DNA of 64,000 nt from Ruditapes philippinarum (taxonomy: Eukaryota): contig NW_026857664.1 of assembly GCF_026571515.1 (NCBI RefSeq), forward strand, positions 62,001 to 126,000, read 5' to 3'. How positions within the stretch are numbered: the stretch's first letter is position 1; each line of letters starts with the position of its first letter. Shown here piece by piece: positions 57,224-64,000 of this stretch. The notes beneath the pieces are model-generated. The model was not told the origin of the DNA, did not search any database, and worked only from the letters and a program-made list of their open reading frames with translations. Position numbers and translations under genes: made by a program.

Positions 57224-60200
57224 ATCATGGTAATTAATTAAATCTTTGTGTGTTAGAATTTACAAAGCTTACTGATATTTTCACTTCAAATGATTAGAAT
57301 TGATTATTTTAAATAATGGTTTAATAGTAAAATTGCCTTTTTGACACCAACTTTGCTGTCATTTTTCATTTTAATGATAACATTCACCTATTGATCAGTA
57401 AGTAAATAAGAAGAAGATTTTTTTTTATAATTACCGAGTACATTTCATGCTAATTGTGAGACGAACCCTAAATGACGTCTATATGGGCGCCGCCATTTTG
57501 AAATGGACGTCACGTCAGGTTACAACGTAAGTCAACGGGAAAAAATATAATTTTAACATTTTGACCATATTACTGAATTTATGAAAAAAAATGAAAAACA
57601 TGCCTAGAGATATTGACGTCAGGGTTAACATGACATTAATTTAAATGAGTTAACTATTATATTAAATAAAAAATGGACAGACTATAGTGTTTTTTTTAAT
57701 AACTTAAAATCATCTTTTTAACATTTATTTCCTTCTTTTCTGCGGATTTTTTTATTCTTTTTTTAAATCATAAATATCCTACTCGGACTAGTTGAACTGA
57801 TGTTTTTGTTGGAACTATGCTGTTGTTTAGAATAAGATAATAGAACAAATGTTAAACTAAATTCCATGAAAAAAAAATCAACAATCATTCAATCGTATTT
57901 AAAGCATTTAATTGGAAAGAAAGAATCAGTTAATATAATATAAAGTGAAGTTGGGACTGAAAACGACTTTCTTTTTACCATGGACAGCATTCTTCTAACA
58001 GGAGAGTTAAATTGTCATGAAGGCAAAACGTAACAAAGATTTTCTCACAAATGTAAATGATGTGATCAAGTTTTGTTTGAGTATGAAACAAAAACACCAA
58101 AATACAACAACATAATTATTATTTGTACGAATAATATGCCGACAGAAAGCGCATGTGACAAGGCAAATAACGTGTATTTTGTTTTTATTTAACAATTCTT
58201 AAAACGTGCGTTAAAAGAACACCACGGAGTGCTTCAAAAATATCTAAAGTATCAGGAAACTTAAACAAAATTACAAATCCCCGCTAAAGTTAGAACAAGG
58301 TAAATCAGAAGACACTTGGCACCATTTCAAACTACCAGGCAAACGTAACGGAAACGATGTTTCTTTAAAAAATGTTTGAAAAAAAGATTATTTTCTTTTT
58401 AGACATTATAGCAAAGTAGAAATAAGTATTGATTTTTTTTATAAAAAAAGAAATCAAAACATTTGGTGACTTTTATACACTAGTGTAAAGTCCTACATCT
58501 GAATATTTTTAGGGTTGTCTACCACACATTTCATGGTTAATTTACTGATTAAATAAGTTTAAAATATTCCTTACTTTCCTAAATCTAATGCTATGACCAA
58601 TGTCAAACAGATAAGACAAATTCATTACTATAGAATAATAACATTAAAATTAAAGTTATAACTGCACATAAAAATAATATTTCCAGTACTATTGGAATAA
58701 TAATGGGAACGAAATATTATAAGTAAGTAATTTTGTTATGGCTCAGTATGTCAGACATGCTATAATGTTCATTCAACAAAACTAAGTTTTAATGTCTTGA
58801 AAAGTGCTCGTTGAACAATATATTGCATCGTCTGTAGTTTGAGAATAATAACAGTTATTTTATTTGGTGTTTACCACTATCATTTTCATGACAAAGGAAT
58901 CCTATAAACGTGCAATTTTAGACCAAAATCTGTCGTTTACGATAATTTGCTTGGTATTTATATTACTAGATATAATAAGTGCAAATATCACATAATTGAA
59001 TATTTTCCGGAATTTGCTTCGCCTAGTCAATAATTTATTTTTGTAAGATATAAGTGCAAGTATCACACACATATGCACTGCTATTTACATCGAACAGAAT
59101 GAATTCTTAGCAGATTGGATGAGGCAATAATACATATTGAGAAAATATTATCCATTCACCAAGGCATCTTAATATGCCTGTCATAAAGATGAGCAAATTA
59201 TATAATATAATGTATATGGAGAAAGCCTCCGTTAACAGTAATATATGATTTTATTTCGATATGGTAAGGAATATACATTATTATAATGAGGATGTTTGCC
59301 TTCCGGACAAATCAGATACAAAATCTAATTTTATAGATTTCTGATATTACGCGTAACAATAAGATTTTATTGCATAGAATTTGTACGTTAAAATTAAAAC
59401 GAATTTCCTTTTGTATACTTATACAATGTATAATCTTAAAAAATAATTATTTCAGATTTTCTTTATTTTAGATAAAATCTTGTTGTTTTAACATTTACTA
59501 TCAAATTTCTACTTGTTCCTTACTCTGTCATTATTCTTAACTTATCTAGATTAAGACTTTTTAAAATTCATAATCGAGTGTGCTTTTGGATATTATTTTA
59601 TGAATGTAAAAATGTATTGATACCCACTACAAATATATTATTAAGACGGACACTGATTTACACCATTTTAAGTCATAAATGTCATATCAGCTTTCTGCAG
59701 CTTCTCACTTATAGATGTAAAATTTGTTTCGCTGAAACAAACACACTATCATTTATTGCATGTTTAATTCAAATCCAGTAATCTTTTAAAAATGAACTGT
59801 AATGGAATTATTTTAAAATGTCAAAATAGATAAATTATTGCTGATTCGGCAGTTGATAACTATCATAATAACATGAAGATTTTAGTTTGTAATAACGTTT
59901 TCTTGTCATGGCATGTAGTTAAAGAATGCATTAGTGCAAACGGGCATTTTACTATGATAATCAGTGTTTACGTTTGTCATTGAAATATTATGCAAAAGAA
60001 TTCACGTAAAAGAAAACTGTAACTATTCATTAAATGTGTTTGCGAAATACTACTTAAAGATGCTTTTGTACGAATTTGATGAATCGAAAAGGACATGCAA
60101 ACTGTGTTAGATTGTATATAGATAATAAAGCATACCAAATATATTCAATAATTTACATGTCCTACATGTGTTTAATGTTTGATAATGGATAAAAAGCATG

Positions 60201-60784
60201 CTATATTGGTTTTTATCTTTAACAACTTAAGAAATAGTACTGAACATGCGGTAATACAAACAAAGCAGTTCTTCCATACATAATACCAATTCACTATAAT
60301 AATAGTTTCACAATTTTCATTTCACGTATTTTTTGGAAAATTTAACCCTGATCCTGTTTTATAATATTAATTATATAAAAAATTGTTGACAGGTTATATG
60401 GCCCTATATATTTTTGTTGTTTTGAAATATAACCCAAGCAGCTAGGTCAGGGCTATATTGCAATCAACCATTTATATACAGTCCTATAACCTAATAAGGA
60501 ATATTTATAATGGATTTACATGTATAATACTGCATACATTCTTTTTTTAGAGAAAAAAAGTGAGATTTCATCGTAAATTGACAGCAGCCATGTACCTATT
60601 ACTATATAAACGCCAGGATTATCCGATGAAAAGCGACATTACAAACATGCAGTATTATAAAGAAAATGATAAGTCTCTTTGCCACCAGTATAAAGTAAGG
60701 CAAGCCTGCACATACGTGAACAAAAACATATCAAACCTCTCTTTACAAATGACTTAAGATATGCAAGTTTAAAATATTGAATCC

Positions 60785-61045
60785 TTTTGGTTTTTGTTTG
60801 CTTTTATGGCACACCAACCCAATTTAGGTCATATGGCACCAAAACAGGAAAGATGATTTTGACTATCCTCGGATGTTACAAACTTCACCTCACCTGCTAA
60901 AGCTAAGAATTGCAGTAATTCCCAGTAATTCAAAGCCAATTGGTCGACTCTTACAATCGCGCAGGGATAAACGGTGGTTGCAATTATTATGCATCCACCC
61001 TTAAAGGAAACCTATCAGCCACAAGGGGCTTGAATCCTTTAACAG
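60785..61045 (-). mobile_element. Meta-type SINE remnant
   Basis: Minus strand: degenerate B-box GGATTCAAGCCCC, then CCCTGCGCGATTGTAAGAGTCGACC resembling the Meta domain (CCCTGC.TGTCGTAAGAGGCGAC), and a 3' tail like the other SINE (CCATATGACCTA...TGTGCCATAAAA-AAAC-like repeats). Confidence 0.6.
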
Positions 61046-61097
61046 GAAATAATGAATGGGATGTCTATATACAAACTACACTACTTACCACATGTAC

Positions 61098-61301
61098 CAT
61101 TAATTCTTCATTGATGATCATTTTACTAATGATAGAGTGCACTTTATAAACGTCTAGCTCGAACATATCAGCTAGAGTGACCAGACTGAGGGTATCATAT
61201 ACACTGCTGTACGTGAACAAGTACGTCCGCAAACTCTCCTCCTGTATCTTACATACAATCATGTCCCGCACCTCATCATTGTTTTGAAACAAATCCCACA
61301 C
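61098..61301 (-). CDS. EIF3C: eIF3 subunit C PCI-domain exon (VWDLF...[19 protein letters not shown]...[13 protein letters not shown])
   Basis: 204-bp exon, tatgtag| ... |gtacat, phase 0-0; [19 protein letters not shown] and [13 protein letters not shown] are eIF3c PCI-domain motifs. Confidence 0.96.
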
Positions 61302-61916
61302 CTACATAGACACACACAATTGAATAAACAAGTAAGTAAATTATGAAACACAAGCAATTTTTTTCAACTGTAATCAATGTTCATATATTTTCACAAATTC
61401 ACATCACTTGATTAAAGATGTCAAGTATGGGACTATTGACCCTTTACATTGATCTTTGACCTTAGACTACGAATACAAATAAATTTGGCATCATAAATAA
61501 ATTGTACTTTTTTTTTATTCATGTATTATTCCTTATCAATAAAGATTTTTTAAATTAAATCTACTTAGCCATGGAATGAACAAATATGTTTACCCCTGAT
61601 TTGTTTGTCAACAAAAACATATAAATACTCTTACAATTTTTTTTAGATTTTGTTAAGAGTTGTAGCACAAATAATACAATGTGACTTTTCAACTTGAGAA
61701 CATGCATTTTTATTTGAAATATTCCTTTTCAAACCTTTAATATATCTTTTCCATACATCTGATCATTTAACATATAAAGGTTTTTTTATGTTATATAACC
61801 CAAGCCATTAGACAAGGGTTATATTGCATATTGACAAATTTATGACACACCTTTAGTTACCTTTATTTGACAAAAAATGAAAATTGATTTACAAATTGAT
61901 AGCAGCAGTGCATAAT

Positions 61917-62170
61917 TTTTGTTTGTTTGATTGGGTTTTACGTCACATGGACACAGTATAGGTCATATGGCGGCCTTCCAGCTTTACTGGTGGAGGAAGA
62001 CCTCAGATCCCCTGCCGTGCATTATTTCAGGCACGAACGGGCACCTGAGTAGAATTACTAACATTCCGTATTCTAGCTGGATAGCTTCCTCACATGAAAG
62101 AATCCGAAATCCCTGTCGGGATTCGAACCCACAGCGGTGAGGGGCAAGTGGTTTGAAGTGATTAATACAT
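61917..62170 (-). mobile_element. tRNA-derived SINE (V-domain-like bivalve family), near full length, in eIF3c intron
   Basis: Minus strand: B-box-like GGGTTCGAATCCC, body ...TGCCCGTTCGTGCCTGAAATAATGCACGG...GAGGTCTTCCTCCACCAG..., (AAAC)n tail; the same body recurs at ~1550-1768 and 57095-57223. Superfamily label is from recall. Confidence 0.85.
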
Positions 62171-62202
62171 AAAACGTAAATGATAAGTGAAACTATGGTT
62201 AC

Positions 62203-62396
62203 CTTAGAATTCATTTTATCATTGATGATAAAGTTTTTACAAGCTTTCCAGTCGCCAGTCTTCATGGCTTTAGACGCGGCTACAATATGTTCTCTCATGC
62301 TCTCCGGTGGTCCGGTCAGTGTCTGACGCTCGCTCATACGTAACACATGATGGAAATTCTTACTTATCATTCTACGTCTAGCATCCATCTCATAGG
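62203..62396 (-). CDS. EIF3C: eIF3 subunit C internal exon ([65 protein letters not shown])
   Basis: 194-bp exon, attgcag| ... |gtaacc, phase 1-0, joins in frame with both neighbours; [19 protein letters not shown] motif. Confidence 0.96.
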
Positions 62397-62604
62397 CTGC
62401 AATAGGAGAACATTTTATATGATTAATGACACTTGGAAGTATGGTTAACCAATAAATTACTGAATTTCTGAAATGTACTTGCCAACTTCTGTTTCTCGAA
62501 CAGTCTTATATCATCAAGGTGAAAATTTAATGTGAATCAGCCAACAGCAAAGGCCATGGTCATACTGCACAGTATCAGTTTATTGTTTATACAAATTTAT
62601 TTTA

Positions 62605-62812
62605 TTTTGATTGTGTTGGAACCTATAAGCTTATTGAAACACTCTCGAATCTGTTCCTCGAACTAACCAGTACTTAAGCAATGAGTGTAAAGTTTCTTTT
62701 TCTTGCTTAAGGAAACAACGGCTTGTCTGAGAAGGGGTTTGAACCCATTGGTCCAGCAATCCTTAGATTACTAACTTATGACTGGTGAACCATTCGGCCA
62801 CACCGCCACAGT
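62605..62812 (-). mobile_element. CORE-type tRNA-derived SINE in eIF3c intron
   Basis: Minus strand: A-box-like GTGGCCGAATGG, B-box GGGTTCAAACCCC, followed by GTTGTTTCCTTAAGCAAG..AAACTTTACACTCATTGCT resembling the CORE domain. Confidence 0.7.
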
Positions 62813-62921
62813 ATTGCCAGGCTTCATACAGATGGCTAAGGTTAATCAATTACTAATGCAGAAGGTCAAGCATTTAGATATTCAGCTCGTTATCTTATAA
62901 CTAGTGTATAAAATCACTGAC

Positions 62922-63075
62922 CTGCCATATAAGGTATTTCCATCAACATGGCTGACACAAGATACACACATTCTAGAAGTTCTAGATTAATGTGCATATG
63001 GTACGGTAGTAAACGTCTTTTCTCTATCTTTTCCTGTTCGGGGATACGCTCGTGCTGGCGCTGTAGTAGCAGACC
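62922..63075 (-). CDS. EIF3C: eIF3 subunit C internal exon ([51 protein letters not shown])
   Basis: 154-bp exon, tttgtag| ... |gtcagt, phase 0-1; contains the eIF3c hallmark [23 protein letters not shown]; missed by the ORF track. Confidence 0.96.
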
Positions 63076-63622
63076 CTACAAACATATATAAAGTTCTCAG
63101 GGGCACAACTCCAAAAATATTGCTTTCAGCATTATGTCCCTTGTCTGACAACTGCACTTGATGTGATGATAAGCAAGTATACCACGTTTCATGTTGGTAG
63201 CTTTTGAAATTTCTGAATAATGGGCAATATTAAAGTTTTTGCTTTTGCACAACAACGAGGACAATGCAGCTATCATAATAGCTTGAGTAACCCAAACCCT
63301 ATTTGGTGATGATATATACATAATTTCTGTACTAGGTTCATTAAAATACTTCCGTATCTTAACACTGATTGCAGAGAATATTTCATTTCATTTCATTATT
63401 CTATCTAACAGTTCAAGCGATGGATAATAAGAATCATCAAAATTAGCCAATAACCCTTTCGGGGGAGACTTCCTTAACAGGTTATTTTTTCTTTTAGCTC
63501 TGGTTGCTTTCTTTTTCCGCCTGCTTTAAAAATGATCTAGAGCCAAGTTTATTTCTATTTTAAGGGAAATTTTATGTTCTTTAGTATGTTATTTAATTTC
63601 CCTGATTTTTTGTGTCATTTAC

Positions 63623-63748
63623 CTGTGCGAGTAGTTCCTTAGCTCGACCTCCACTTTGGATATCTACCAGTGCATTGTGAGCATCCTTGGTCATCCCTTG
63701 TCTGAATGAACACAGACATAACTGTACCATTGTACGATTATATAGGAT
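63623..63748 (-). CDS. EIF3C: eIF3 subunit C internal exon ([42 protein letters not shown])
   Basis: 126-bp exon bounded by ttttcag| and |gtaaat, phase 0-0; translation matches the conserved eIF3c segment [36 protein letters not shown]. Upstream exons lie beyond the window end. Confidence 0.96.
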
Positions 63749-64000
63749 CTGAAAATATAAATGGTTATCTGAAATCAAATACTGACAAAACTAATGTAAG
63801 GATTTCGTAAATGATTTCATCACATAAATCATGGTGCAGTAGTGTAATAAAGGCATTTATAACATGCTTTTCGGTGGTTTATAGAAATATAACAGTGAAA
63901 TATAAAAATGACTCAATTTGATATTTTCACTGTTTTGAATTTAAGCCCGTTATGTTGTTTCAGTGATATACCAGCATGCACAGTACTGGGAACAAACTTA

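Larger units (their letters stand above)
51971..57684. mobile_element. Composite ~5.7 kb TA-flanked DNA element inserted in copy D
   Basis: TA|TAGTCTGTCCCATT ... AATGGACAGACTA|TA; the flanks join to restore the uninterrupted paralogue at B ~21320-21370. Confidence 0.75.
45900..60300 (-). repeat. Inverted segmental duplication copy D
   Basis: Reverse-complement matches: 45900-46880 to A 12950-13890; 47330-47940 to A 12010-12830; 48980-49620 to A 8820-9380; 49640-51960 to B 21360-24070; 57690-57960 to B 21090-21340; 59470-60300 to A 4550-5350. Confidence 0.9.

Noticed and set aside
45900-60300. Copy D as a long-read fold-back artefact or uncollapsed haplotype
   Set aside because: It is substantially diverged, mosaic and carries private insertions with TSDs, consistent with a real old inverted duplication.
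1090-60757. The many 60-144 aa ORFs in the supplied track as genuine genes
   Set aside because: F/I/L/Y/K/N-rich composition expected of AT-rich non-coding DNA, and not preserved between paralogous copies; a few merely overlap pseudo-exons or TIRs.
62105-62170. tRNA gene
   Set aside because: Only a degenerate tRNA-like SINE head, with no complete cloverleaf.
61984-62202. C-terminal extension of ORF 61984-62388 and ORF 61931-62140
   Set aside because: Read-through into the intron and SINE past the 62203 donor.
1-64000. CRISPR array, prokaryotic defence or operon systems
   Set aside because: No regularly spaced short direct repeats and no long intronless ORFs; spliceosomal introns and SINEs show the DNA is eukaryotic.

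Overview
AT-rich eukaryotic genomic DNA, most likely from a bivalve mollusc (inferred from the V-like, CORE and Meta-type tRNA-derived SINEs). No prokaryotic operon, rRNA, true tRNA or CRISPR array is present, and almost all ORFs in the supplied track are chance ORFs. The only confidently identified coding sequence is four spliced minus-strand exons of eIF3 subunit C (61098-63748). Its final exon(s) are not visible in the 61 kb downstream, and it carries an unusual Gly->Cys change. Much of the first ~60 kb is an old, rearranged segmental-duplication array: tandem copies A (1-~14350) and B (~14350-~29300, with an internal ~2.7 kb inversion), a partial copy C (~29340-31000) and an inverted copy D (~45900-60300). 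Manual translation of the best-conserved blocks repeatedly gives stop- and frameshift-riddled remnants of signal peptide, PAN/Apple, EGF-like, Sushi and C-type-lectin motifs. This suggests a decayed secreted-lectin gene cluster (inference, needs HMM confirmation). Several non-autonomous DNA transposons are defined by TIRs, TSDs and in some cases in-window empty sites, including a 2.8 kb element with CA(C)...GTG ends, ~450 bp TIRs and a 5-bp TSD (Transib/RAG-like signature). Two homopolymer-inflated stretches look like poorly polished long-read consensus. Block boundaries and identities were judged by eye.
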